A stretch of DNA of 62,979 bases from Verrucomicrobiales bacterium (GTDB taxonomy: Bacteria > Verrucomicrobiota > Verrucomicrobiia > Limisphaerales > UBA9464): positions 1 through 62,979 of the forward strand of contig SYMJ01000194.1 of assembly GCA_005805505.1 (NCBI GenBank), in the 5' to 3' direction. Of the stretch, positions 1 through 9,064 are shown in pieces. Within the stretch, counting starts at the first letter, position 1. Each line of letters opens with the position of its first letter. The translations under genes and the position numbers were made by a program. A model generated the notes under the pieces. It was given only the letters and a program-made list of their open reading frames with translations. It did not search any database and had not been told where the DNA came from.

Positions 1-282
1 CGAGCCCAGGACCGTTCCCGCGGCCCAAAACTTACAGCGGAGCGGGAATGGTCCGGAGCGAGCCTTGGAGGCGAACAACAAATCCCCAAGCGCGCAGCGC
101 GAAAGTTCCTCCTCCCTAGAGCCTACTCAGCGAGCGCAGGACCGTTCCCGCGGCCCAAAACGTACAGCGGAGCGGGAATGGTCCGCAGCGAGCCTTGGAG
201 GCGAACAACAAATCCCCAAGCGCGCAGCGCGAAAGCTCCTCCTCCCTAGAGCCTACTCAGCGAGCGCAGGACCGTTCCCGCG
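1..282. repeat. Tandem array (2.2 copies, 130-bp period) of a GC-rich intergenic repeat element, cut by the window edge
   Basis: 1..130 and 131..260 differ at only 4 positions (6, 42, 56, 106), and a partial third copy lies at 261..282. Unit junctions form the inverted repeat GGACCGTTCCCGC-N20-GCGGGAATGGTCC. Related copies are at 4640..4884 and 35968..36105. Confidence 0.9.
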
Positions 283-353
283 AAGCATCAGCTTGCACAA
301 GCACAACGCCGACCGTTGACTCCCCGCGCGCCTTTCCGGATCGGCGCGTCACT

Positions 354-1553
354 GTGAAGTCCCACCCGCCTGGAAAAACAGGCTACTTTTTGCTCGAAGG
401 CACCAACGCCTTCGCCGCCTCCTATTATTTCAATTACCTCATGTTCCTGCTCCAACAGGATCATGGGTTTTCCAACCTCAACAACCTCACGTTGGGCGCG
501 GTTCACGGGTTCCTCTACGTCGGCGCCTCCTGGTTCGCCGGACGCTTCGGCCAGCGCCATGGATACTTCACCAGCCTGCGCATCGGCTTCGGCGGCATGG
601 GAGCAGGAGTCGCTCTAGGCTGGTTGTTTCCTGGAACGGCAGGGCAAATCGCAGCACTACTCGTCTGGACCCTCGCCATGTGCTTCACCTGGCCCATGCT
701 GGAGGCCCTGGCTTCCGAGCGAGAACCCTCCGATCGCCTTCCCCACCGCATCGGCCTCTACAACGTCATCTGGGCCGCAACGGCCGGGCTAGCCTACTTT
801 TTAGGCGGCACCCTCTTCCAGCATCTCGGAAAAACCAGCCTCTACTGGCTCCCCCTTATCATCCACACCTTGCAGTGGATCAGCCTCGGATGGCTGGAAC
901 GGCACCATGCCCAGAACGCATCCATCGAAACCCCGTCATCAACCGCGGCCCACACCGCGGATGCCGGCCTGAAACGGGAAGCCCGAGTCACCCAAGTCTT
1001 CCAGAAACTGGCATGGATGGGCAACCCCTTCGCCTACATGGCCATGAACACCGTCATCGCCGTCGTCCCCAGCATCGCCGAGCACGCAGGCCTAGGCATC
1101 GAAGAGGCGGGCCGGTTAATGTCTGCCTGGTTCATCGTCCGCACTCTCACCTTTGCTATCCTTTGGGCATGGCACGGTTGGCACTACCGCGTCGGATGGT
1201 TTCTCGGATCCTTCCTACTGCTCATTTTGGGGTTCATCGCCGTCATGACCACCCATCAAATTTGGATGCTCATTGTGGCCCAGATCGCCTTTGGATGGGG
1301 AACCGGGCTCATCTACTATTCCTCCCTGTTTTACGCGATGAACGGCAGCGACACCCATGGTGAACACGGGGGAATCCATGAAGCCTTCATCGGTATAGGC
1401 ATCGGCTCTGGCCCTGCCATCAGCGCCTTAACCCTATGGATTTCTGGCGCGGCCATGGCACCGGCCTTGGCCGTGGGAATGACACTCGTCGGCGGATGGA
1501 CCTGGTGCTGGAGAGTGAGCCGAGGAACACAGCCCATACCGGCCAAACGTTGA
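354..1553 (+). CDS. MFS-type multi-pass membrane transporter; start uncertain (GTG 354 is the first plausible start after the repeat array)
   Basis: ORF 195..1553. About 12 hydrophobic segments with a central hydrophilic loop (HHAQNASIETPSS...). The first 53 codons of the ORF read through the repeat array and are unlikely to be coding. Confidence 0.6.
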   Translation: MKSHPPGKTGYFLLEGTNAFAASYYFNYLMFLLQQDHGFSNLNNLTLGAVHGFLYVGASWFAGRFGQRHGYFTSLRIGFGGMGAGVALGWLFPGTAGQIAALLVWTLAMCFTWPMLEALASEREPSDRLPHRIGLYNVIWAATAGLAYFLGGTLFQHLGKTSLYWLPLIIHTLQWISLGWLERHHAQNASIETPSSTAAHTADAGLKREARVTQVFQKLAWMGNPFAYMAMNTVIAVVPSIAEHAGLGIEEAGRLMSAWFIVRTLTFAILWAWHGWHYRVGWFLGSFLLLILGFIAVMTTHQIWMLIVAQIAFGWGTGLIYYSSLFYAMNGSDTHGEHGGIHEAFIGIGIGSGPAISALTLWISGAAMAPALAVGMTLVGGWTWCWRVSRGTQPIPAKR

Positions 1554-1658
1554 CCCGGAGCTGGAATCGGCCATTATCCCTCAGATTTGGCATCCGTTCC
1601 GTCTGAACGCTCTTTCCAGTAACGCCACGTCCTCTCGGTGGTCTTTCCATTCAAGTCC

Positions 1659-2399
1659 ATGATTTTCCACACACCCTCGAAAACACAAAACGGCTTCACG
1701 CTGATTGAACTCCTGGTGGTGGTGGCCATCATCGGCATCCTCACCAGCATGCTGCTGCCGTCTCTGGCCGCGGCCAAGGGCTCCGCACAGCGGATCGCCT
1801 GCCTCAACCACGAAAAACAACTCGCTCTGGCCCTTCACATGTACGCCGGAGACAATACCGGGCGATTCCCGCCTCGCCTCCTGACCAACCGCTGGTGCAC
1901 CACGCTGCGCCCCTACTATCTCGATCTCAAGATCCTCAAGTGCCCTGTCGATTCCGGCGCCAAAGGCAGCACCAACATCCCCGGAGTGGGCGATCGCGTC
2001 GCCGAGTACGCCCCCCGAACTTACCTCATCAACGGCTTCAACGACTTCTACCGCCGACGAGTCGGAGCCTCCCAGATGCCCGAGTTCCGCACCCAGGGCA
2101 ATGGCGAGGTTGTCATCGGCGAAAACGACATCCCCGAGCCTTCGCAAACTATCTGCTTCGGTGAACGCGACTCCAGCCGGGTTGTCCACTTCCACATGGA
2201 TTTCGACGCCCTCGACGACCTGAGTGCCCTCCACCAGAACCGTCACGGCACCTCCATCAAGACGGGTCGCGGCGGTGGCTCCAACTTCGCCATGGTCGAT
2301 GGTCACGTCGAGTTCCTCCGGTACGGACGCTCGTTCAACCCCATCAACCTTTGGGCCGTCACCCCCGAAGATCGCAACATCGGCGTCTCGCTGCCCTGA
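1659..2399 (+). CDS. Prepilin-type N-terminal cleavage/methylation domain protein (DUF1559/H-X9-DG-like pseudopilin)
   Basis: Leader MIFHTPSKTQNG followed by [25 protein letters not shown]-terminal ...SNFAMVDGHVEFL motif. An alternative GTG start lies at 1638. Confidence 0.85.
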   Translation: MIFHTPSKTQNGFTLIELLVVVAIIGILTSMLLPSLAAAKGSAQRIACLNHEKQLALALHMYAGDNTGRFPPRLLTNRWCTTLRPYYLDLKILKCPVDSGAKGSTNIPGVGDRVAEYAPRTYLINGFNDFYRRRVGASQMPEFRTQGNGEVVIGENDIPEPSQTICFGERDSSRVVHFHMDFDALDDLSALHQNRHGTSIKTGRGGGSNFAMVDGHVEFLRYGRSFNPINLWAVTPEDRNIGVSLP

Positions 2400-2412
2400 A
2401 CCCCAACCGTCG

Positions 2413-2922
2413 ATGAACTCCAACCGCCGCACCTGGACCCTTCTCGCACTGACCCTTTTTCTGGGCGGAGCCTACGTCTTCGCCTTCACCGATTGGCTGG
2501 ATCCCCAACCCATCGAGATTGCTTCCCAAATCCGACCGGTCATCCAACCTCCGCGGTTCGGCCGACGTGGACCCAAAGTCACCCCAGAGTCCCCTGACAA
2601 ACCGACCGAGACCAACCCGGCTAGCAGCGTGGCCCGCGTCACCTTCAGTCTGGATGGACGCTATCGCCTGAGCTCCGTGCGCGTCTTTGTCCTGAATGCC
2701 CAAGGCGAACCTGCTAAGAAAATATGGGACCTCACCGGCAAAAGCCGGGAACTCAACTCCCTGATGTACGGCATGAATCCCGCGGGCATGTCCCCACCCG
2801 AGGGCACCGACGCGGCCGCACCGCTGGAGGCAGAACTCACCTATCTCCTGGAGATCCGGGCCGGTCGACGCACCGGTTCCCACCGCTTCAAGACGCTTCC
2901 CCTGACTCCCACCGAAAACTGA
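2413..2922 (+). CDS. Hypothetical single-pass membrane protein, 13 nt downstream of the pseudopilin gene
   Basis: ATG at 2413 within ORF 2224..2922. N-terminal anchor MNSNRRTWTLLALTLFLGGAYVFAF, a Pro-rich linker, then a beta-rich domain of about 100 aa. Confidence 0.55.
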   Translation: MNSNRRTWTLLALTLFLGGAYVFAFTDWLDPQPIEIASQIRPVIQPPRFGRRGPKVTPESPDKPTETNPASSVARVTFSLDGRYRLSSVRVFVLNAQGEPAKKIWDLTGKSRELNSLMYGMNPAGMSPPEGTDAAAPLEAELTYLLEIRAGRRTGSHRFKTLPLTPTEN

Positions 2923-3141
2923 CACTTCCACCCCTGAACGGCGCTGCAGCGAGACGCGCTGTATCGAGCACTGGATCAGTCATATTCCCTGCCAACGCAG
3001 AACTCTCCCGTGAAGCGCCCGACAACGAATCGCTCACCCCTCCTCAAACTTCCTAGTCCAACCCATACCTCCCGGCTTGTCGTCGAATGCCGGGTCGATA
3101 GAGTTCGTCCAATAGCCCGTCACATTCAACGCACCTGAACC

Positions 3142-4563
3142 ATGTCCTCTCCCCAAAAAAACTCCCCACCGAATGCTGGCTCCTCCCGGCGTGAATTCCT
3201 CAAGCGAACGGCCGCAGCCGGCGGCATCGCTGGCATTCTCGCCAACCAACCCGCCGCTGGCGCCAACACCCTCACCAAGCTCGCCGCTCCCTATGCGGGC
3301 CGGGTCATCGGTGCCAATGACAAGATCGTCCTCGGTTTTGTGGGCGTCGGTGGTCAGGGCGGCGGAGCTCATGTCGGCCAAAACCTCGAACACTATCAGG
3401 AAAACAACGTGGCTCTGGCCGCGGTCTGCGACATTTCCAAGCACCGCGTCGACGACCACGTCGCCAAGATCGAGAAGAAGACCCACGTCAAACCCGACGG
3501 CTACGAAGACTTCCGCCGTGTCCTCGAGCGCAAGGACATCGACGTCATCTTCTGCGCCACCGTCGACCACTGGCACACCAAGGTTAGCTGCGAGGCCATG
3601 GACGCCGGCAAGCATGTCTATGTCGAGAAACCGATGACCCGCTACCTCAGCGAAGCCTTCGAAATCTACGACGCCTGCAAGCGCACAGGCAAACTGCTCC
3701 AAGTCGGATCGCAAGGCTGCTCCGACCGCAAGTGGCACAAGGCCGCCGAGTGGATCCGCGCAGGCAAAATCGGCCCCATCGTCATGAGCCAGGGCAGCTA
3801 CATGCGCAATAATCCGCACGGCGAGTGGAACTACACCATCGCCCCGTGGGCCAAGCCCGAAGACATCAACTGGAAGATGTGGCTCGGCGAGCAAATCAAG
3901 ACCGGCCACAGCTTCGACCCCGACCACTATTTCCGCTGGCGCAAGTATTACCCGTATTGCTCCGGCCTGTTGGGCGACCTGTTCCCCCACAAGCTGCACC
4001 CGTACATGCTAGCCACCGGCAATCCGGAGTTCCCTGTGCGTGTCGCCGCCGTTGGCAGCAAGGCCTTCAAGACCGACCTGAACCAAGTCGGCCGCAAGCC
4101 CGAGCAGGCCACCCAATACGTCCGTGACGTCGAAGAGATCATCCAGCTCGTCGCCGAATTTCCCAGCGGCTACGTGATGCACGTCACCTCGAGCTCGGTC
4201 AACGAAGTGGGATCCTCCGAGATGATCCGCGGTCACAAGGCCACGCTCACCATGGGCGGCAACAAGGTTCAATTGAACCCCGAACGCCCATTCGCCGAAG
4301 ATATCGAGCCGGAGACCAGCGAAGCATTCCCCGGTGAGAGCGTCGCCGCCCACCACAAGAACTTCTACGAGTCCATCCGCGCCAACAAGCAGCCCAACGC
4401 TGGTATCGACCTGGCCACCAAGGTTCAGACCGTCATCTCGCTGGCCGAGATGTCCGACCGCTTGGGTGTCATGTGCTACTTCGATGCCAAGAGCCGCAAG
4501 GTGACCGACAAGTCCGGCAAAGAAATCTCCCAGCTGACCTACGGCTGGGACAAGAACTCCTGA
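3142..4563 (+). CDS. Gfo/Idh/MocA-family oxidoreductase with twin-arginine (TAT) signal
   Basis: SRREFLKRTAAAGGIAG TAT motif. Rossmann motif LGFVGVGGQGG, and VYVEKPM typical of the family. Confidence 0.85.
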   Translation: MSSPQKNSPPNAGSSRREFLKRTAAAGGIAGILANQPAAGANTLTKLAAPYAGRVIGANDKIVLGFVGVGGQGGGAHVGQNLEHYQENNVALAAVCDISKHRVDDHVAKIEKKTHVKPDGYEDFRRVLERKDIDVIFCATVDHWHTKVSCEAMDAGKHVYVEKPMTRYLSEAFEIYDACKRTGKLLQVGSQGCSDRKWHKAAEWIRAGKIGPIVMSQGSYMRNNPHGEWNYTIAPWAKPEDINWKMWLGEQIKTGHSFDPDHYFRWRKYYPYCSGLLGDLFPHKLHPYMLATGNPEFPVRVAAVGSKAFKTDLNQVGRKPEQATQYVRDVEEIIQLVAEFPSGYVMHVTSSSVNEVGSSEMIRGHKATLTMGGNKVQLNPERPFAEDIEPETSEAFPGESVAAHHKNFYESIRANKQPNAGIDLATKVQTVISLAEMSDRLGVMCYFDAKSRKVTDKSGKEISQLTYGWDKNS

Positions 4564-4576
4564 ACGATTTCAATCA

Positions 4577-4619
4577 CGGCGGTCCTGCCCTCCAAGGCGG
4601 GACCGCCGTTTTTGTTTTT
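4577..4619 (+). terminator. Rho-independent terminator after the oxidoreductase gene
   Basis: CGGCGGTCCTGCC-loop-GGCGGGACCGCCG followed by TTTTTGTTTTT. Confidence 0.75.
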
Positions 4620-4639
4620 CGACACAGCCCACCCCCGCG

Positions 4640-4884
4640 TCGAGGCGGTAGCGGGACCGGGCTGGAGCGAGCATTGGAAGCGATCACCACAATTCCACGC
4701 GCGTAGCGCGAAAGCCCCTCTTCCCCCGAGCCTTCCTGCGAGTGTAGGACCCGGCCTGCGGCCCAAAACGTACAGCGGAGCGGGAACGGTCCGGAGCGAG
4801 CCTTGGAGGCGAACAGCAAATCCCCACCAGCGCGTAGCGCGAAAGCTCTTCCTCCCTAGAGCCTACTCAGCGAGCGCAGGACCG
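4640..4884. repeat. Second locus of the intergenic repeat family (one degenerate unit plus one well-conserved unit)
   Basis: 4769..4884 aligns to the 130-bp unit at 1..260: GCGGGAACGGTCCGGAGCGAGCCTTGGAGGCGAACA...CAGCGCGTAGCGCGAAAG...GCGAGCGCAGGACCGTTCCCGC. The upstream unit is diverged. Confidence 0.85.
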
Positions 4885-4989
4885 TTCCCGCGGAGCCCCA
4901 CCGAGCATCCCGCCCACACCAACGATTCCCCTCCGGACCCCGCGTTCTTGGGATTGCCCGGCGCAGCCCAACCCGCTTGGCTTGCACTT

Positions 4990-5940
4990 ATGAGTTCCCG
5001 CTCCACCTCCGCCCGCCCGTTCTCCTGCGTCGCCCCAGACTGGTGGGATTACACCACCCTAGACCCCGAACTCGTCGCCGACGCCGCGGCCCTCACCCCG
5101 GAGAAAATGCAGCGCCTCTCACGCCCCGGATTCAAAGTCACCCTCTACGACACCCTCGAAGAATTCTACCTCGCCGAAGCCCTCGAATACGTAGCGGCTT
5201 GGAAACAAAGCACCGACGACAACCCCGTCGGCATATGCGGCCCCATCGGACCCACCGAGCAACTGCCACTCGTCGCCCGTATCATCAACGCCTTGGGCCT
5301 CGATATCCGCTCCGGCCACTTCTGGGGCATGGACGAATGGATCATCGACGGAAAAGAAGCCTCGCCCACACACCCCCTTTCCTTCGAAAAAGCCGACCGG
5401 GAACTCTGCTTCAACCGCATTGCCCGCAAACAAGTGATGCCGGATGCACACCTGCATTTCCCGAAAGCCGACACCCGAACCTACCGCGCCTCTTGGGACG
5501 CCGGCGTCCGCTGTGCCGTCATGCAAGGCGGCCAGGGCGACGTGAAACATTGGGCTTTCAACGACCCCGTGCGCCGCTCCGGCAAATACCGTAATGCCCC
5601 GCCCACCCCAGAAGAGTACCTGAAGCTCGCCACCCGCGTCGTGGACTTGCACCCGCTGACCATTGCCCAGAACGCACGAACCAGCGGCGGCGGCAATGTG
5701 TCACTGGTACCAACCCAGGCCATCACCGTCGGCCCAGTCGAAACGTGGAAAGCCGAAACCGTCTCCATCTGGCATGCCGGTCAGCACGACAATCCCTTCG
5801 GCCAACGCCTCACCTGCCTCATGATCGCCAAAGGCATTGCCGACACCGCCGTGCCCATGTCTCTCCTGGCCCTGCATCCCAACGTGCGCTTCAACTACTT
5901 CCGCGGAGGCATCGGGCGCTGCGCGATAGAAATGCATTGA
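4990..5940 (+). CDS. Glucosamine-6-phosphate isomerase/6-phosphogluconolactonase-family (NagB-like) protein
   Basis: ATG 4990 within ORF 4612..5940; the upstream part of that ORF reads through the repeat. GMDEW and [15 protein letters not shown]-type motifs resemble the NagB/SugarP_isomerase fold. Confidence 0.6.
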   Translation: MSSRSTSARPFSCVAPDWWDYTTLDPELVADAAALTPEKMQRLSRPGFKVTLYDTLEEFYLAEALEYVAAWKQSTDDNPVGICGPIGPTEQLPLVARIINALGLDIRSGHFWGMDEWIIDGKEASPTHPLSFEKADRELCFNRIARKQVMPDAHLHFPKADTRTYRASWDAGVRCAVMQGGQGDVKHWAFNDPVRRSGKYRNAPPTPEEYLKLATRVVDLHPLTIAQNARTSGGGNVSLVPTQAITVGPVETWKAETVSIWHAGQHDNPFGQRLTCLMIAKGIADTAVPMSLLALHPNVRFNYFRGGIGRCAIEMH

Positions 5941-6001
5941 ACTGACACCCTCCTATCAGCCGATCCAGCCAGCCCAGACCCCGCACGAAACCAATCCCTC
6001 C

Positions 6002-6055
6002 AAAAAACAACCTGAGGCCGACGGAATTCATCCATCGGCCTCAGGTTAATTTGTT
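6002..6055. terminator. Bidirectional hairpin terminator between the convergent nagB-like and hpnJ genes
   Basis: AACCTGAGGCCGA-N13-TCGGCCTCAGGTT, flanked by an A-tract (5') and a T-rich tract (3'). Confidence 0.7.
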
Positions 6056-6093
6056 GAAGCAGCTGACAAGACCACCCCCGGTCCGTCAGACGG

Positions 6094-7545
6094 TCAGTGA
6101 GCGGCCAAACTCTGAGACGCCGCCAAATCTACCTTGCGCTGATTGAGACTGCGGAAGAACTCGAAGCCCTCGCGGCATCGGCGCACCATGACACTCTTGT
6201 CTTCCAGCATGGTCTTAATGATCCGCAATATCGGACCCGAACGCAGGTAGTACCGCCGGTAGAATCGATCCACCGACTCGAAAATCTCGTCCTTAGAAAG
6301 ACCCGGATACTCGAGCGTGGACTGCTGAAAACCATCGTCATGGACGATGTCGGTCTTGTCCTTCTTGGAGAACCACCCGTTCTGGCGGGCCATCTCGTAA
6401 AGTTCGGTCCCAGGATACGGGGCCGCCAGCGACACTTGCATCGAGAACACGTCGAGATCTTGGGCAAAGCGCATGGTCTGCTCAATGGTCTCCTGAGTCT
6501 CCACAGGCAACCCGAGGATGAACGTACCGTGGATCACCACACCCACCCGATGGCAGGCCTTGGTGAAGCGACGCATCTCATCGGTGGTCACACCCTTCTT
6601 AATGCGCTTAAGGATATCGTCGTTGCCGGACTCGTAGCCGACGAGGAACAAGCGCAGACCGCAATCCTTGAAGAACCGGATGGTGTCTTCATCCAGATTA
6701 GCCCGGCTGTTGCAACTCCAGGTCACTCCCAGCGGAGCGAGCTTCTTGGCGATCTCGCGAGCCCGCGGCAGGTTGGCCGTGAAGGTATCGTCATCGAAGA
6801 AAAACTCCCGAACCTGCGGGAAGAGCTTCTTCATGTATGCCATCTCGGCAGCAACATTATCGGCCGACCGCACCCGATACTTATGGCCACCAATGGTCTG
6901 GGGCCACAGACAGAAGGTGCACTGGGCCGGGCAGCCTCGCCCCGTGTACATCGAAATGTACGGGTGCATCAGATAACCAATAAAATACTTCTCGATCTCT
7001 AGATTCCGCTTGTAGACATCGGCCACCCAAGGCAACGCATCCATGTTGTGAATGAGTTCACGCTCTGGATTGTGGATAATCTTACCTTCCTTACGGAAAC
7101 TCAGCCCTGAGATGGATTCCATCGGGCGGTCTTCGCAGACCTCCTTGCACGTGAAGTCGAACTCCTTGCGACCCACCCAATCGATCGCCGGAGAAGCCTT
7201 GAGCGTCTCGGTCGGCAAGACAGCCGTATGCGCTCCGATGAATCCGATCTTTGTCTCCGGACGCTGGGCCTTGATGGCTTCGGCCACCTTGCAGTCGTTC
7301 TTCAGCGACGGAGTCGACGTGTTAATGATGACATGGCTGAAGTCTTTGGCGATGCGCAGAGTCTCCTGGATCCCGATGTCATGGGGCGGACAATCGAGCA
7401 GGCGGGAGTTTGGCACCAGAGCGGCCGGTTGGGCCAACCAAGTCGGATACCAGAAAGAGGTCACCTCGCGGCGAGCCTGATAGCGGGCACCGGCACCGCC
7501 GTCGAAGCCGTCAAACGAGGGAGGAGACAAGAACAGGGCGGACAT
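6094..7545 (-). CDS. hpnJ: Hopanoid biosynthesis-associated B12-binding radical SAM protein HpnJ
   Basis: N-terminus MSALFLSPPSFDGFDGGAGARYQARREVTSFWYPTWLAQPAALVP and radical SAM motif GRGCPAQCTFCLWPQ match the HpnJ family almost residue for residue as I remember it. ATG at 7545. Confidence 0.85.
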   Translation of the reverse strand: MSALFLSPPSFDGFDGGAGARYQARREVTSFWYPTWLAQPAALVPNSRLLDCPPHDIGIQETLRIAKDFSHVIINTSTPSLKNDCKVAEAIKAQRPETKIGFIGAHTAVLPTETLKASPAIDWVGRKEFDFTCKEVCEDRPMESISGLSFRKEGKIIHNPERELIHNMDALPWVADVYKRNLEIEKYFIGYLMHPYISMYTGRGCPAQCTFCLWPQTIGGHKYRVRSADNVAAEMAYMKKLFPQVREFFFDDDTFTANLPRAREIAKKLAPLGVTWSCNSRANLDEDTIRFFKDCGLRLFLVGYESGNDDILKRIKKGVTTDEMRRFTKACHRVGVVIHGTFILGLPVETQETIEQTMRFAQDLDVFSMQVSLAAPYPGTELYEMARQNGWFSKKDKTDIVHDDGFQQSTLEYPGLSKDEIFESVDRFYRRYYLRSGPILRIIKTMLEDKSVMVRRCREGFEFFRSLNQRKVDLAASQSLAAH

Positions 7546-7603
7546 GGAGATCAGGGATGAGTTGAAAAATGGGAAACTCAGTAAGAAGCAGATCGCTCCG
7601 CTC

Positions 7604-9064
7604 TTACTCCGACTTGACCTCGATTTTCTTGGCTGCGGCCATCTTGGCCTTGAGGTCGGCCAGCTGATCGATGGCAGCGCCGGAAGCTCCGGTGGAGCAC
7701 CCGCCCGAACCGCCGGAATCTTCGTGGGAGTGATCGTGCGGCAAGTCATTGCCACCGCGGGCATAGGCAGATTTCACGCCAGCGAACTCACGGTTCACTG
7801 CCTCCTTGGCCTCAGCAAGGTGCCCCTTGCCGATGGTCGCTCCATTGTAAGCCGAACGAGTCAGCTCAGGGCTCGACGGGTAGGCCGGGGGCCGGGAACC
7901 GAAGTTGTACTTAAAGTTGACCCACGAATCCCTCGGGTTGCTGCTCAGAGCCCCCGACGGCTCAAAGCCCGAATGCATCATGCAGTTGTCGCAGCGGACA
8001 TCGCGACCACAACCCTTCTCATCCACGCCGAATCGGTCCCATTTCACCTCGGCCAACATCTGGGCATAAGTGGGGTAATGACCCTCGGTCATCACATAGC
8101 AAGGAGCCTTCCACCCGCGGACGTTATAGGTCGGCACAGCCCACGCACTGCAGGCCAACTCCCGTTTTCCGGCCAAAAACTCCAAATAACCCGGAGTCCC
8201 GAAGATCGTAAACATCTCACCCCAACGCTCGATGTCTTTGAACTTCTGGCGGGTCATCTCACGGGTGAGGAAGAACTGGGCTGGGTCTTTGCCCAGGCGC
8301 TTAACCATGTCCTTCTTGGCAGCGTCGTAGTCGTAGCCCGGTGAGATGGTGTGGCCATCCACGCCCAGTGAGCTGAGAAACTTGAACATTTCTTCCAGTT
8401 CAGCGGCTTCAGTCTCCTTGTAGACGGTGGTGTTTGTGGCGACCTGATAGCCCAAAATCTTGGCCATTTGCATGGCCGCCACGCACTCCTTGAAAACGCC
8501 CTCACGTTCGACGATGAGGTCATGAGTGAACTCCAAGCCATCGACATGGACATTCCAGTAATGCCACTTGCCGGGCCGGATCACCGTCTTGGACTTGGCA
8601 GCCGCATCGGCCTTGCGGATCGCTTGAGCCTCCTTTTCGGTCACCAGCTTCTCAGTCAGCAACTGGGCCAACTGGGGTTCAAAGGTCGGCGTGTAAACGC
8701 TGGCCAAGTACTCCCGCATTTTCTTCCGCATGAAGACACCGTTGGTGCAAATGTACACCAGACGGCCCTGTCCCTGCAGACCTGCCACCAACTCTTCGAT
8801 CTTGGGATAGATCAAAGGTTCGCCGCCACAAATCGAAATCATGGGCGCATCGCATTCGTCCGCAGCTGCCAGACACTGCTCCAGCGGCACCAAGTCCTTC
8901 AGCGAAGTGGAGTACTCCCGGATGCGACCACAGCCCGTGCAAGTTAGATTGCAGGTATGGAGCGGCTCCAACTGCAACACCATCGCGTACTTGGGTGTGC
9001 CTTTGAGCTTATGTTTGATGATGTGCCGGGCGATCTTGGCCGTCGGCGCGAGAGGAAAACGCAT
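7604..9064 (-). CDS. hpnH: Radical SAM protein of the HpnH (adenosylhopane synthase)/DUF3463 family, with an internal insertion and a long C-terminal extension
   Basis: LEPLHTCNLTCTGCGR CxxxCxxC motif. DUF3463-like Cys-rich tail (GWKAPCY...CDNCMMHSGFE). 58 nt upstream of hpnJ on the same strand. Confidence 0.75.
   Translation of the reverse strand: MRFPLAPTAKIARHIIKHKLKGTPKYAMVLQLEPLHTCNLTCTGCGRIREYSTSLKDLVPLEQCLAAADECDAPMISICGGEPLIYPKIEELVAGLQGQGRLVYICTNGVFMRKKMREYLASVYTPTFEPQLAQLLTEKLVTEKEAQAIRKADAAAKSKTVIRPGKWHYWNVHVDGLEFTHDLIVEREGVFKECVAAMQMAKILGYQVATNTTVYKETEAAELEEMFKFLSSLGVDGHTISPGYDYDAAKKDMVKRLGKDPAQFFLTREMTRQKFKDIERWGEMFTIFGTPGYLEFLAGKRELACSAWAVPTYNVRGWKAPCYVMTEGHYPTYAQMLAEVKWDRFGVDEKGCGRDVRCDNCMMHSGFEPSGALSSNPRDSWVNFKYNFGSRPPAYPSSPELTRSAYNGATIGKGHLAEAKEAVNREFAGVKSAYARGGNDLPHDHSHEDSGGSGGCSTGASGAAIDQLADLKAKMAAAKKIEVKSE

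Noticed and set aside
1-282. The tandem repeat considered as a CRISPR array.
   Set aside because: The units abut directly with no unique spacers. The period of 130 bp is far longer than CRISPR repeats. No cas genes are nearby.
65-353. ORF 65..319 and the first 53 codons of ORF 195..1553 (MEANNKSPSAQRESSS...).
   Set aside because: Both are read straight through the 130-bp tandem repeat, and the same peptide appears twice because the DNA repeats. The composition is Arg/Ser/Ala/Pro-rich and non-protein-like. The real membrane protein starts after the array.
1581-3999. Long antisense ORFs at 1581..2432(-) and 3034..3999(-). The same class includes 18484..19266(+), 19309..20109(-), 24517..25401(+), 27005..27892(+), 30165..30998(+), 34317..34967(+), 38073..38804(-) and 47975..48748(+).
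   Set aside because: Each lies opposite a gene with clear family motifs and shows the Arg/Gly/Pro/His-rich composition expected of non-coding frames in 60%+ GC DNA.
4612-4989. The 126-codon N-terminal extension of the nagB-like ORF.
   Set aside because: It overlaps the terminator and the repeat element at 4640..4884. It shares the repeat-derived peptide [17 protein letters not shown] with ORF 65..319. The conserved protein begins at ATG 4990.
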